From Bdellovibrionales bacterium (lineage in GTDB: Bacteria; Bdellovibrionota; Bdellovibrionia; Bdellovibrionales; UBA1609), in NCBI GenBank assembly GCA_041690295.1, contig JAWLHR010000007.1, positions 32,001 through 96,000 on the forward strand: 64,000 bases of DNA. The letters are read 5' to 3'. The notes under the pieces were generated by a model. It worked only from the letters and a program-made list of their open reading frames with translations. It ran no database searches and had not been told where the DNA came from. Below are positions 38,581-49,273 of this stretch, one piece after another (the stretch's first letter is position 1; the number at the start of each line of letters is the position of its first letter). The position numbers and the translations under genes are program-made.

Positions 38581-40803
38581 ATGAGTGAGGCCGTCGCTGA
38601 TCTCAAACTAGCTGAAACCAGTCCACAAACGATAGACGATTTAATCGAAAAAATCCGTAGTCACAATTCCAACGCCGATCTGGACCTGATCCGGCGGGCT
38701 TATGAATTTTCTGAAAAAGCGCACTCCGGTCAGATCCGCCGAAGCGGTGATCCCTACATTCTGCATCCATTGGGAGTGGCCGCCATTCTCGCCGATTTGC
38801 ACTTGGATGTCGCCACCATCGCCACCGGTCTCTTGCATGACACCGTCGAGGACACCGAAGTCACCCTTGAGGATATTAAAAAGAATTTCGGTGAGACGAT
38901 TCAGCGTCTGGTCGATGGCGTGACCAAAATTTCGTTGATGAAGTTTCGTAACACCCACGAGAAACAGGGTGAAAACATCCGCAAGATGATCGTGGCCATG
39001 GGTAAGGACGTGCGCGTGGTGCTGGTGAAGCTCGCCGATCGCCTGCACAATATGCGCACCCTCAATCACATGCCGCCCGAAAAGCAGGCCCAGATCGCCA
39101 CTGAAACCCTGGACATCTATGCGCCGCTCGCCAGCCGCCTCGGGATCAATTCCATCAAAGTGGAACTTGAGGATCTCTCGTTCCGTTACGCCTTTCCCGA
39201 AGCTTATTACTCTCTCGCGCAAAAGGTCGCGCGTAAAAAGCGTGAGCGTGAAAAATACATCGAGGACGTTAAGAAGATTTTGACCCAGGAACTGGAGAAA
39301 CGCACCAAGATCAAATTCGAGGTGACGGGCCGGCCCAAACATCTTTGGTCGATCTATAAAAAAATGCACATGCGCAATATCGACTACGAACAGGTGTTCG
39401 ACGTGCTCGCGTTCCGCGTGAACGTGAACACGCTGGCCGAGTGCTATGAGGTTTTGGGGCTTGTGCATTCGCTGTGGAAGCCGATTCCGGGCCGCTTCAA
39501 GGATTTCATCGCCATGCCCAAGGCGAACAATTACCAGTCCCTTCACACCACCGTGATCGGCCCTCAAGCGGAACGGATCGAAATCCAGATCCGTACGTTT
39601 GAGATGCATCTCGTGGCGGAGAAAGGGATCGCGGCCCATTGGCAGTACAAGGAAAACGAACACGGATCGATCGACGTGGAAACGCTCAAGCGTTTCAACG
39701 GCCTTCGCGAATTGATTAAAGAACACCAGCAGACCACCAATCCGGATGAGTTCCTGGAGAACTTCAAAACCGATATGTTCGACAGCGAGATCTACGTGTT
39801 CACGCCGAAAGGGGATGTTAAAGAGTTCCCCGAGGGGGCGACACCGATCGATTTCGCGTATTCCATTCACACGGATGTGGGAAATCACATCGTGGCCGCG
39901 CGGGTGAACGGCAAACTTGTTTCTTTGAAACACCGTCTGGAAAACGGCGACACCGTCGAGGTGATCACGTCAAAAACCCAATCGCCGTCCAAAGACTGGC
40001 TTAAGAGTTGTGTCACCACCAAAGCGAAATCCAAGATCCGCCAGTATGTGAAGACGGAAACTCGCAAGCGGGCTTTGGAGTTGGGCAAGGAGATGATGGA
40101 AAAAGCGCTGCGCAAAGCCGGCAGCTCCTTGCAAAAAGCCTTTGATAAACCTGAGTTCGCGAAGTTCGCCAAAGATCATGGTTGCGCCACTCAGGAAGAT
40201 GTTTTGATCAAAGTGGGTTTTGGAACCATCACGCCCCAAATCGTGATGGATGGTCTCGGCATCAAGATGCCCAGTGATAAAGACCTGCCGAAAGAGGAGC
40301 CGAGCTTCCTGAAGCGGGCGTTCCAGGCCGCGGTGGGACGAAAGAAGCAAACCGCCTCTTTGATTCGGGTGAACGGAATGAACGATGTCTTGGTCCGCTT
40401 CGCCCGTTGTTGCAATCCCATTCCCGGGGACTCGATCTTGGGTTTCATCACTCTCGGGCGCGGGATTGTGATTCACCGGGCGGATTGCCCCAAAGCGTTC
40501 GAACTCGATCAGGATCGCCGCATTGATGTGGAGTGGAGCGGAACCAAGGCGGTCAGCGCCGGTCGGACGGTCACCATTCGCGTGGTGAGCCATGATACGG
40601 CGGGACTCTTAAAGCTCATGAGCGAAGTCTTCGCTGAACATGGAATCAACATCCTCAATGCTCAGGCCCGCACCACGAAGGACCTTAAAGCCATCTGCAC
40701 GTTCGATGTGAACGTGCGTGACACGCGCCATTTATCCGAGGTCATGCGGGATTTAGCGAAATTAAAAGGCGTGATCGGAGTGACCCGCATCACGCATGCT
40801 TAG
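38581..40803 (+). CDS. spoT: Bifunctional (p)ppGpp synthetase/hydrolase (Rel/SpoT)
   Basis: Intact HD domain (LHDTVED), RFKD synthetase motif, TGS domain, CCNPIPGD and ACT domain. Confidence 0.96.
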   Translation: MSEAVADLKLAETSPQTIDDLIEKIRSHNSNADLDLIRRAYEFSEKAHSGQIRRSGDPYILHPLGVAAILADLHLDVATIATGLLHDTVEDTEVTLEDIKKNFGETIQRLVDGVTKISLMKFRNTHEKQGENIRKMIVAMGKDVRVVLVKLADRLHNMRTLNHMPPEKQAQIATETLDIYAPLASRLGINSIKVELEDLSFRYAFPEAYYSLAQKVARKKREREKYIEDVKKILTQELEKRTKIKFEVTGRPKHLWSIYKKMHMRNIDYEQVFDVLAFRVNVNTLAECYEVLGLVHSLWKPIPGRFKDFIAMPKANNYQSLHTTVIGPQAERIEIQIRTFEMHLVAEKGIAAHWQYKENEHGSIDVETLKRFNGLRELIKEHQQTTNPDEFLENFKTDMFDSEIYVFTPKGDVKEFPEGATPIDFAYSIHTDVGNHIVAARVNGKLVSLKHRLENGDTVEVITSKTQSPSKDWLKSCVTTKAKSKIRQYVKTETRKRALELGKEMMEKALRKAGSSLQKAFDKPEFAKFAKDHGCATQEDVLIKVGFGTITPQIVMDGLGIKMPSDKDLPKEEPSFLKRAFQAAVGRKKQTASLIRVNGMNDVLVRFARCCNPIPGDSILGFITLGRGIVIHRADCPKAFELDQDRRIDVEWSGTKAVSAGRTVTIRVVSHDTAGLLKLMSEVFAEHGINILNAQARTTKDLKAICTFDVNVRDTRHLSEVMRDLAKLKGVIGVTRITHA

Positions 40804-40873
40804 ACCGGAGTCGGTTTTCGCCGTCTCGGTCGCATGGCTGGTCCCGGGACTTGTTGTGATGAGGAGAGACCTA

Positions 40874-41743
40874 CTACATCGGCATGGCGATGCCGACGCG
40901 GATCGCGATCCAATTGGCTTCCACTTCATCGGATTTTGGCAAAAGGCCGTACTCCACGCTGATGGGAACGTACATGCGGGGTGAAAGCTGCCAATCCAAT
41001 CCACCGAGCGCCAACATGACGTTGGTCGTGCTGATGGAGGCCGAATCCAAAGCCGTCGTCTCTTTGGAGGCGGGGAAAAGTAAGCCCAATCCGCCGCCGA
41101 CCCATGGCCGAAAACCGCCACGGCCGAAAACATATCGCGCGATAAAATCAGCGGTGACATAGGTGAGTTTGGCGTCGCACGCATCGGTGTTGGCGGCGCC
41201 GCAAATCTTGCCTCCGGCCGCGTTGAACATATCCACGCCCGCGGTTCCACGGAACCAGATCTGCGGGAAAAGTTCGTAATCGAACAACCCTTTCACGCTG
41301 AAGCCGGATCCGGACATGTTGGCCGTTCCCACGGAAGCTTGTAAGGCGTTTTTCACGTTAACCGACATCGTGTCCATGGAGTAGCCGAGAAGGGCGCCCC
41401 AGTAGGAACGCTGTAGGCCGCCCCCTGAGCTTGACGTGGACGGTGATGAGGCTCGGGCGGACGCGGAAGAACCCTTGGCCGGTCTGAATTCCAAGGTGTA
41501 TCCCACTTGAGCTTTACCCTTGGTGATCTTCCCGATCGCTTTATCGCCTTTAACTTTTGAAATAGTCATTATAGCGCGGCGCTTGCCATCCGGCGAGATC
41601 AGGTAGAAGACGTCACCCACGACGGCCGGATCGCCTTTCAGTTCGACGAGGGCGCTTCGACCTTTAACCTTAACGACTTCAGCGGCTTGCGAAATTAACG
41701 GAAAGAAGATCAGAAGTGACGCAACAAGCAGGTTGCTCATCAA
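40874..41743 (-). CDS. Outer-membrane beta-barrel protein with small N-terminal beta domain
   Basis: Signal peptide, S-rich linker and FRPWVGGGLG barrel motif. Confidence 0.75.
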   Translation of the reverse strand: MMSNLLVASLLIFFPLISQAAEVVKVKGRSALVELKGDPAVVGDVFYLISPDGKRRAIMTISKVKGDKAIGKITKGKAQVGYTLEFRPAKGSSASARASSPSTSSSGGGLQRSYWGALLGYSMDTMSVNVKNALQASVGTANMSGSGFSVKGLFDYELFPQIWFRGTAGVDMFNAAGGKICGAANTDACDAKLTYVTADFIARYVFGRGGFRPWVGGGLGLLFPASKETTALDSASISTTNVMLALGGLDWQLSPRMYVPISVEYGLLPKSDEVEANWIAIRVGIAMPM

Positions 41744-41789
41744 GATGTACTCCCGCGATAAGCTTAATTAATTGTAGGGGAACAAATAC

Positions 41790-42170
41790 TTAGTTTGCAA
41801 ACTCGCCTAGCCTAAGGTGTTGCCAGGTGAACTCGATCGCCAAGGGTAAACGATCGTCGAGTTCCGTCGGATCATTGAATTGAAACTCGCAAGCCTGCGG
41901 TTCGTGCGCGCGAGGGATCACGCGAATGGTGAGGGGTTGATCAGGGCGCTGAAACACATCGGCGCGCTCGTTTGTGAAGCGTAATTCTCCGCCCGGTCCG
42001 GCGCCGAGAGTGTCGCAACTCTTAAGATTGGCCTGGACGCCAGCGTATTCAAACGCCTGAGATTCAAGAAATTTTCGCCCTTCGGATTGATAAAGGGAGC
42101 AGGCGCCCTGAGCGGCCGCCACGAGTAGGGCGGCCAAGGCGATCCATTTTTTCTTAGAAAGGAATCTCAT
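41790..42170 (-). CDS. Putative lipoprotein
   Basis: [24 protein letters not shown] lipobox-like signal; overlaps the ssb 3' end. Confidence 0.65.
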   Translation of the reverse strand: MRFLSKKKWIALAALLVAAAQGACSLYQSEGRKFLESQAFEYAGVQANLKSCDTLGAGPGGELRFTNERADVFQRPDQPLTIRVIPRAHEPQACEFQFNDPTELDDRLPLAIEFTWQHLRLGEFAN

Positions 42171-42576
42171 CAGAGCTGTCAAACGCCGGTTCAGGACCGA
42201 AATTCTGTGGTCCGAAATCATTATCCGCCGACCGATCAGCGCCCTGGTTGGAACCGAGGAACTGAATGGTGTTGGCGACGATTTCCGTCGTGTAACGTTT
42301 TTGTCCTTGTTGATCTTCCCAGGAGCGGGTTTGCAATCGACCTTCAATGTAAACTTGCCGGCCTTTGCTTAAATATTTGCCGCACAGTTCGGCGAGTTTG
42401 CCCCACACCACGACTCGATGCCATTCGGTGCGCTCTTGCTTCTGACCTTCACGGTCGGTCCAATTTTCACTGGTGGCGACGGAGAGGCGGGCCACGTTTT
42501 GGCCTCCGGTCACGGTTTTCACTTCCGGATCCGCACCCAAACGGCCAATAATAATCACCTTGTTAACGCCGGACAT
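42154..42576 (-). CDS. ssb: Single-stranded DNA-binding protein
   Basis: [20 protein letters not shown] and C-terminal DEIPF. Confidence 0.98.
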   Translation of the reverse strand: MSGVNKVIIIGRLGADPEVKTVTGGQNVARLSVATSENWTDREGQKQERTEWHRVVVWGKLAELCGKYLSKGRQVYIEGRLQTRSWEDQQGQKRYTTEIVANTIQFLGSNQGADRSADNDFGPQNFGPEPAFDSSDEIPF

Positions 42577-42644
42577 ATCAAACCCCCTGCCTTTCTGTAC
42601 CGATAGAACCCCGAGGCAGGAAACGAAGTCAAGCCACCGTTATC

Positions 42645-43688
42645 TCAAAATGTGGAAATGCGCGTTACGCTGGGAAAAGCGCCGATTTGTCCGGCCATTT
42701 TAAACAGATATTTACCGCCGCCGTCCGAGGTCGGCGTTTTTGCTGATTCCAACGGCAAAAAGAGAAAACTTAATTCCCTTTGAACGGTCGCATTGGTGGT
42801 GAGGTCCACGGTCAAATTGTATTGGCCGAACTGAGGCGCCAATCCTTGTCCGGTGGGGATGAGACGAAGTCCGATTTGTCCTTTGATCCGTCCGTAGAGC
42901 GGATCCTGGCTCTGTCCGAAAATTCCTTCTTCGATGAACAAATTTCCGCCGACCAGACGCCCGCGGAAGGTGACATTGGCCAAAGTTAACGAGGGTAAGC
43001 TGATCGGCAGCATCGCGCCTTCGAAGGGAATTTGCACGGTGCCGGCGGGAATGGAGAATTTCGCCACTTTAAGTTCAAATTCACCTTCCGGCTGGTCCTG
43101 AAAATCCGGCGTAAAGAGCATGTCGGTGTGAAAGTCGGCGCGTCCCTGCAAACTCAAGGGAAGTCCGGCCCATTGTTGCACTTCCTTAAGATTCACTTCT
43201 TCCAGGGCGAGGGCGACGCGCGAGCGCTCCTGCCCTTGCTCGTTTTTCTTTCCCGAACCGATCCGCAGTTCAAAATCGCCGCCGAGCAAACCTTCGGCGG
43301 AAACCGAAACTCCCAAACGCGAGCCCAGGGATCGGGCGGCCACCTGATCGCCGCTGCTGGCTTTCATGATCGTGGGCAGATTGAAAATCAGGCTGAAAAG
43401 GCTGGGCGTGACCTTGGCCCACTGCGCTTCCAACGTCGGCAGCACGGTTTCGATTTTCACGTTGTCGGCGGAAATCGCCGGTTGGGGAAAAACGTGAAGG
43501 TGAAGTTCGTCGGCCTGCACGTAAACCTGATTGTTCGTGCTTCGGGCCACCATGCTGGTCACGGCGTCCGACAAATCATTGAACGGGAAGAGCCATAAGG
43601 TAAAGAGAGCCGCCGAACCGAAAATGACGCCGAAAAAAAGCTTTCGGTCCCAGATCCAGGCGATCGCTGTTCCGATATACTTCATCAT
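42645..43688 (-). CDS. gspN: Type II secretion protein GspN
   Basis: N-terminal TM with FP motif and beta-rich body; last gene of the gsp operon. Confidence 0.75.
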   Translation of the reverse strand: MMKYIGTAIAWIWDRKLFFGVIFGSAALFTLWLFPFNDLSDAVTSMVARSTNNQVYVQADELHLHVFPQPAISADNVKIETVLPTLEAQWAKVTPSLFSLIFNLPTIMKASSGDQVAARSLGSRLGVSVSAEGLLGGDFELRIGSGKKNEQGQERSRVALALEEVNLKEVQQWAGLPLSLQGRADFHTDMLFTPDFQDQPEGEFELKVAKFSIPAGTVQIPFEGAMLPISLPSLTLANVTFRGRLVGGNLFIEEGIFGQSQDPLYGRIKGQIGLRLIPTGQGLAPQFGQYNLTVDLTTNATVQRELSFLFLPLESAKTPTSDGGGKYLFKMAGQIGAFPSVTRISTF

Positions 43689-44359
43689 TTCTTACCCGCG
43701 CCTCGTCCCGATGGAGTGGCATCGGAATCCTCGCCCACATCCGGTGTGGCCATTCCGAAACTCATGACGGCCGCGATCATGTCGTAATAATGGGTTTGGC
43801 CTTCGCTTTGGACCACTTCAATTCCAATCAATTTCACGCCGGGAGCCATGTTCTGCAGCATATTGCCGATCTCAAGAATTTGGTCCACGTTCAGTTTTTT
43901 AAGTTGCACGGTCATCGCCGTATGACTCACGCCGGGCGGGGCGAATTCCTTATACACTTCACCCGGCATGGAGGCGATCGGTCCGACTTGGTCGGGGAGA
44001 AGACCCGCCTCGCGCACCACCCGTTGAATGGACCCCTGAAGCGATTCGGGAGTTTGCGGCGGCGGCAAAGCCGGCGGCTCCTTCGCCGAGCGGGCGGCGC
44101 GGAGCAGACCTTGAATCAACTGACGGTTTTCATCGAATTGGCTGAGATACTCGCTTCCCGAAGAGATGTAGCTCATGGGAATGGACAGGATCATAAGAAT
44201 GGTCAAAGTGATTCCGGCGATGACGATCAAACGTTGGACCGAAGGCGTTTGGCTTTCGTATCTTTCCCGCAAAGTATTGAAGGTCGATGACTCCTGAATC
44301 TTGGCCATCGCCTCATTGGCCCGGTCTTTCAGCTGTTCGCGCAGATCTTCAAACGCCAA
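43685..44359 (-). CDS. gspM: Type II secretion protein GspM-like
   Basis: Single TM, coiled coil and ferredoxin-like C-terminus; operon position. Confidence 0.65.
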   Translation of the reverse strand: MAFEDLREQLKDRANEAMAKIQESSTFNTLRERYESQTPSVQRLIVIAGITLTILMILSIPMSYISSGSEYLSQFDENRQLIQGLLRAARSAKEPPALPPPQTPESLQGSIQRVVREAGLLPDQVGPIASMPGEVYKEFAPPGVSHTAMTVQLKKLNVDQILEIGNMLQNMAPGVKLIGIEVVQSEGQTHYYDMIAAVMSFGMATPDVGEDSDATPSGRGAGKK

Positions 44360-44362
44360 CGC

Positions 44363-46012
44363 TTATCCTCCCGCCATTCGCTGAACGCGGAATTTATACG
44401 CGAACGGCACCCGCCCCGGCGGGACTTTCTTTAACCGCGATTGCGTGGGTTCGATTTTCCCGTTCACCGCCGCTTTTTGCAGGGCTCGCGCCACGGTTTC
44501 TTTGTCAAAATCGGACATGGTGTAACCGTGCACTTCGGCCTCATGGCCCCGCACGCTGAATTGTTTGATTTCAAACTTGGGAGTACCTTTGGGCGGAAGC
44601 GCGGCGGTGACCGCTTCCAAAACATCCAAAGCTGAATTCAGGCGCAGCACTTTCTCCGCCTGTTTGCGGTTCTTTTCAATTTGTTCCTGTCCGGAGATGA
44701 AGCGACGGATGCGCGAAGCATTGGCTTGTCGCGAGGGCAGTCCCGCCACGGCTTGCGCCTGGGTTTTCAAGGCGCGCTCGGATTCATCGAGCAGGGTCAG
44801 GCTGAGCGATTCGCGAATGACCGCGTAGATGAAGAAAATCACAAAGCCCGCGGTGGCGACCTTAATGGTATAGCCCCAGCGGTCCCACACGGCTTCGAAG
44901 AAATGGGACTTCTTGGCCAAATCGCCTTTGAGGAAATTGCTCGCCGGATTGCGCGGACGTTTAATCCCTTCGATGGCCAGACCCACGGCGGTCGCGGTGA
45001 CCATGTCCAACCGCGGGCTCACATCGAAAGTCACCGCCGGATGATTTTCAAATTGTTTGTAGCGGTTGAACGGGATTTGAAACATTTGGGTGAGATAGCC
45101 GTTCAAATTCTTAAGCTGGCCACCGCCACCCAAAATATGGCCTTTGGTCCATTGGACTTGAAGATCACTTTGCAACTCAAGCAGGATCAAGCGCATATCC
45201 GCCACGAGTTGCTGCAAACTGGATTCGATCACCTGTGAGAAGACTTGCTGTTCCCGGGTTCCCTGAGTCTTGTCCAGGAGCACGAAGCCTTTGGCCTCAA
45301 GCTCCTTCACGGCTTGCATGAAGTTCAAGCCGTATTTGTGGCTTATGGCATCGGCCATGTTTTTTCCGCCCCAATCGAGGCTGCGCGCGGCCAGCATGGC
45401 GCCGTTGCTCATCACAATCAACTCCGAGGAGAGATGGCCGATGTTGAGCACCAACTCCGCGGTTTTGGCTTCGGGGATGTCCTGCAGTTCCGGGAGACCT
45501 TCCGGCGGCGGTTCGAACCAGCGTTCAAAGAGGTTGTTGATCGCCACACCCGTGCAGGAAATGATCGTCGGGTCAACGCCGCAATCCAAGGCGAGCTGAT
45601 GGACATCGTTGACCTTTTCCTTGGGCACGGCCATCGCCAGAATGTCGGCGCCTTTGCCTTGGAAACGAACGATCTTGGCTTCGAATATCGAATCCTCGGG
45701 CGAAAACGGCAACTCGTCCTCAAGCTGGGAAATGATGGCCTTTTGCACTTTGAATCGTTCGCGAAAGGGCAGGTGAATCAGCCGCGCCGAAACGTTCTGC
45801 TGGGAAATTCCAAAGACAAATGAGGTTCGTTCGAGATCGTATTGGGTCAAAAGCGTGCGAAGGGCATCAATGACCTGAATCTTGCGATCCTTGTTGGGAT
45901 CCAGCGAAAGGGGAATCTCTTGCACGCGGCGAATGGCATAGGCCTTCGAGGTCGCTTCGACCTCCGCGATCTTGATACTATAATGTCCTATGTCGACGCC
46001 GACGCTGATCAT
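44363..46012 (-). CDS. gspL: Type II secretion protein GspL (PilM/PilN-like)
   Basis: VGVDIGHYSIK actin-like domain, TM and PilN-like periplasmic domain. Confidence 0.85.
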   Translation of the reverse strand: MISVGVDIGHYSIKIAEVEATSKAYAIRRVQEIPLSLDPNKDRKIQVIDALRTLLTQYDLERTSFVFGISQQNVSARLIHLPFRERFKVQKAIISQLEDELPFSPEDSIFEAKIVRFQGKGADILAMAVPKEKVNDVHQLALDCGVDPTIISCTGVAINNLFERWFEPPPEGLPELQDIPEAKTAELVLNIGHLSSELIVMSNGAMLAARSLDWGGKNMADAISHKYGLNFMQAVKELEAKGFVLLDKTQGTREQQVFSQVIESSLQQLVADMRLILLELQSDLQVQWTKGHILGGGGQLKNLNGYLTQMFQIPFNRYKQFENHPAVTFDVSPRLDMVTATAVGLAIEGIKRPRNPASNFLKGDLAKKSHFFEAVWDRWGYTIKVATAGFVIFFIYAVIRESLSLTLLDESERALKTQAQAVAGLPSRQANASRIRRFISGQEQIEKNRKQAEKVLRLNSALDVLEAVTAALPPKGTPKFEIKQFSVRGHEAEVHGYTMSDFDKETVARALQKAAVNGKIEPTQSRLKKVPPGRVPFAYKFRVQRMAGG

Positions 46013-46029
46013 GGATTATCAAAAGGCTA

Positions 46030-47277
46030 TCAGTTTTCTTCCCAAGACACCACTGTTGGTCGTCCTTTAACCGCTTTAATCTTCTTGGCCTTGTCGTCTT
46101 TTTTGTTTTTGTCGTCGCTGCTTCCACCGGTACCGCCCGGATTCGGCGGTGGAATCAGACCTTCGTCTTGTTCTTGTTTGGTGAGCATTTCGCCGTAGCG
46201 TGCGGCCAGATTCGGATAATCATAGGTCACCGCGGTGATTTCGCGTTTCACATTGCCCGAAATACCGGTCGAGATAATGCGGAAATTGAATTCGACGTCA
46301 TAGAGCAGTGGCACCTTCGATTCCTGAATGGCTTTCACGTCCACGCCGTAAGAGTTGAGAAAATTGAAGAAGTCCTGATCATTTTGAAAGGGCCCGCCCT
46401 TTTTAGGATCGCTTCGCCGTTCAATGGCCTTATCGACGGCTTCTTCCGTCATTGTGGGGTCAAGGGCCAACAAGGTTTCGCGATTGGCGAAATTCACATT
46501 GACGCCTTTGGTGCCGACCACGGTGACTTTGGGCGCGAGGACGTTATAGAAGTCGTCCGTCATCCCGGCCACCATATGCAATTCATCCAATGTTCGCAAG
46601 GCCCGGTTCGGGGGCATCTCCAGGCCCGGTTCATTAAAATCGCGGTAGGGAGTGGATTCGTCGCCGCCGTTCAAACTTTGTTTATCTTCATCGATGTAAT
46701 CGGCGATGTTATTGACCAATTGTTCAAAGTTATAGCCGCGGTATTTTCTCGCGAAGTCTTCATTGTGTTCGAGTTCGGATTTAAAAATTTTAACGACCTG
46801 CTGAATCATCGCGGTTTTTAAAGTTTTAATATTCGATCCAAGATCGTTGATGTCGATTCGTCCTCCTTCGGGCTGGATCGTGGCTGAATATTGCGCCGTC
46901 ATGAAGGAATCTTTGGTGACACTCGAGATATTGCCTTTGTCCATCTCGGTCATGTTTTCCATCAATGTGGGCGGCCACATGAAGGGGAACGACCAAATCG
47001 GATCCAACATGGATTTGTTGGCGCCCAAGGCGTCACCGAACGCCACCACGGCCTGCTTGTAGAGCATGATCCGCAAAAGACTGAGTTCGACGCCGGATTT
47101 CGCCGCGTAATAAGCGCGAATACGATTCACTTGTTGCGAGGCCACGATGTAATCCACGCTCGTGTCGTAGGACACTTCCATGGTGACAAACGTCATCAGC
47201 GTCATCGCGAATAAGGCGATGAGAATCGCGATCCCGCGCTGATTTCGCATGGGTTTACGGAGTCTGCGGATTCGCAC
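46030..47277 (-). CDS. gspK: Type II secretion minor pseudopilin GspK
   Basis: QRG|IAILIAL prepilin without E5, IDIN, IADYID and VNVNFA. Alternative start at 47250. Confidence 0.9.
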   Translation of the reverse strand: MRIRRLRKPMRNQRGIAILIALFAMTLMTFVTMEVSYDTSVDYIVASQQVNRIRAYYAAKSGVELSLLRIMLYKQAVVAFGDALGANKSMLDPIWSFPFMWPPTLMENMTEMDKGNISSVTKDSFMTAQYSATIQPEGGRIDINDLGSNIKTLKTAMIQQVVKIFKSELEHNEDFARKYRGYNFEQLVNNIADYIDEDKQSLNGGDESTPYRDFNEPGLEMPPNRALRTLDELHMVAGMTDDFYNVLAPKVTVVGTKGVNVNFANRETLLALDPTMTEEAVDKAIERRSDPKKGGPFQNDQDFFNFLNSYGVDVKAIQESKVPLLYDVEFNFRIISTGISGNVKREITAVTYDYPNLAARYGEMLTKQEQDEGLIPPPNPGGTGGSSDDKNKKDDKAKKIKAVKGRPTVVSWEEN

Positions 47278-48127
47278 CTGGGACTCCCGTCGGGGTTTTA
47301 GGTTTGGGGTTATTGGGATTTCGGATCGCCGCCACCGTGGTCATGCGCAACGTTTTATCTTTAGCTTTCGGGTCCGGATCTTTAATTTCAATGGTGACTT
47401 CCACGGCGTAGGGAAACTTCCCTCGCGTCACATCGTCCGCGCCTTCGCTGGACGACCAAGCCGTCAGCCATTCATCGCCTTTATCCGGGCCCAAATAGCG
47501 CAAGCGGAACTCCGTGACATTTTCCAGTAGCACGGTTTCCTGTCCTTCCTTGGTGATGTCTTCGTGGATGTAATTGGACACCCGCCGCCACAGGCATTTG
47601 GACGCTTGCTCCTGGGTGGAGCGCCGGCGGCAAGATTTGATTTTGTAACCGATCTCCGCTTGCGATGAAACCGGAGCGTCCTCGGTCATGCGCACGTTGG
47701 AAAGTGAGGTGAAGTCCAACTGGTCCTCGGTGCCGATGAACTGAGTGTAGATTTTTTCGGTTTTTAATTTAAAGCGTTCCGCGTCCAGCGCTGGATTCGG
47801 TGACGGCACCGGTGTCGGCGTGGGAGCCGGCCCGGGACTAGGATTCGGCTGCGGGGTGGGTGAGGGCGCGCTCATGGCTTTTTTGCGCTCCTCTTGCGCC
47901 TGATTGTAAAGTTCGATGCTGGGATCACGATAATTGAACGCCATGTTGATATCCCGTTCGATGATGCGAAGGGCGTCCCGAAGCGTGGCGTTCTTGTCGA
48001 TGTCATGTTGAATTTTCGTGCGCGTGCGCAGCGCCCGCTGAATCGCTTCCACCGTGAATATCGACAGGAAGGTCAGGATCATCATGGCGATGATCACTTC
48101 CAGAAGGGTAAACCCGCGTTGTTTCAT
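47255..48127 (-). CDS. gspJ: Type II secretion minor pseudopilin GspJ
   Basis: RG|FTLLEVIIA prepilin and FPYAVEVTI. Confidence 0.85.
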   Translation of the reverse strand: MKQRGFTLLEVIIAMMILTFLSIFTVEAIQRALRTRTKIQHDIDKNATLRDALRIIERDINMAFNYRDPSIELYNQAQEERKKAMSAPSPTPQPNPSPGPAPTPTPVPSPNPALDAERFKLKTEKIYTQFIGTEDQLDFTSLSNVRMTEDAPVSSQAEIGYKIKSCRRRSTQEQASKCLWRRVSNYIHEDITKEGQETVLLENVTEFRLRYLGPDKGDEWLTAWSSSEGADDVTRGKFPYAVEVTIEIKDPDPKAKDKTLRMTTVAAIRNPNNPKPKTPTGVPGANPQTP

Positions 48128-48633
48128 GGCCCGGCACCACTCGCCGCGGCGCCCGCGAAGTCCCGCGTGTAATCCACGAAATACTGAGTGGCGGAGAATT
48201 CCACCTCTTTTCCGCGGCTGGATACGTAAATCGTGACCTTCACTTCCTTGATCACGCGGTTCAGATATTCGGTCATTTGCTTAATCATGGAGATCAGGGT
48301 TTCCGGCGCGCCATCCTCTTGCGCCACCAACAGGGGCGTCAGATCGGGAAACTCGACCTCACGGCTCTGCATGGTCCAACGATACTGGGGATAATCATTC
48401 TCGAAATCGCCGCTTTCTTCCTCGGGGATTTCACTGAGCGGCTTGTCTTTGTATTTGGCCTCGACTTCGGCCATCTTGCGCTCCAGCAATGTGGCCACGT
48501 TGTTGTACATATTGGCCTTGCGCAGTCGAAGGAAATTTCCACCCCACGCCATGTTCAAGGCAATGATGGAACCCGCCAGAATGATCAGCGACACCAAAAC
48601 TTCAAGTAAGGTGAAACCGGCGTTTTTCTTCAT
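48124..48633 (-). CDS. gspI: Type II secretion minor pseudopilin GspI
   Basis: AG|FTLLEVLVS prepilin; operon order. Confidence 0.8.
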   Translation of the reverse strand: MKKNAGFTLLEVLVSLIILAGSIIALNMAWGGNFLRLRKANMYNNVATLLERKMAEVEAKYKDKPLSEIPEEESGDFENDYPQYRWTMQSREVEFPDLTPLLVAQEDGAPETLISMIKQMTEYLNRVIKEVKVTIYVSSRGKEVEFSATQYFVDYTRDFAGAAASGAGP

Positions 48634-49250
48634 TGGTCCGTGATTTCCTTCAGCGAAACGCTTTTACTGATCAACTCGGCGCGGCCGGTGAGCGGATGTA
48701 TGGCGATCGTCCAGGCTTGTCCTTTATCACCTTTGATGTGAATCGCGGCTTCATCCACCAGTCCCTGAGGTAAATAGTGGATGAACGCGCGGCCTTCGCT
48801 GATGGCGCCGGGAACGCGCGTGAGTTCAATGCGGTCAAAGGAAAGGCCATGGGGCAATTCACTGGGCTCCTTGACCATTGTGGTATCGATCTCAAAACCC
48901 TTGGGATCCTTTTGCTTTTCCGGATCGTCTTCCTGCAGGCGTTCCCTGGCCCGTTCTTCTTCTTTCTCGCTCATCACGAACTTGGCGTTGCCGCGCTCAA
49001 CCCAGTACTTGTGCTCGACTTTTCTGGTGCCATCGCCGGGCTCGCCCAAATCCAGCACCAAACGGTAAGTGACTCCGTTCAATTTGGCGCGCGTGTGTAA
49101 TTCGCGGCTTAAAACCGTGAATTTGCGCAAAAATGACTTGGTATCGGTGTTGCGATTGTTGATGTAGGAAATCGCTAATCCGATCGTGCCCGCGATAATT
49201 GCGGTCACGATCATCATTTCAATCAAGGTGATCCCGTTGGAGTTCCTCAA
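48630..49250 (-). CDS. gspH: Type II secretion minor pseudopilin GspH
   Basis: NG|ITLIEMMIV prepilin and YLPQG..HPLTG. Confidence 0.8.
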   Translation of the reverse strand: MRNSNGITLIEMMIVTAIIAGTIGLAISYINNRNTDTKSFLRKFTVLSRELHTRAKLNGVTYRLVLDLGEPGDGTRKVEHKYWVERGNAKFVMSEKEEERARERLQEDDPEKQKDPKGFEIDTTMVKEPSELPHGLSFDRIELTRVPGAISEGRAFIHYLPQGLVDEAAIHIKGDKGQAWTIAIHPLTGRAELISKSVSLKEITDQ

Positions 49251-49273
49251 TGAACCTCCTCGGTTCCCGGCTT

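Noticed and set aside
38641..39933. 430-aa antisense ORF within spoT (similar ones at 19940-21001, 21637-22587 and 54132-55160)
   Set aside because: These are shadow ORFs opposite conserved genes, explained by codon bias, with no recognisable motifs.
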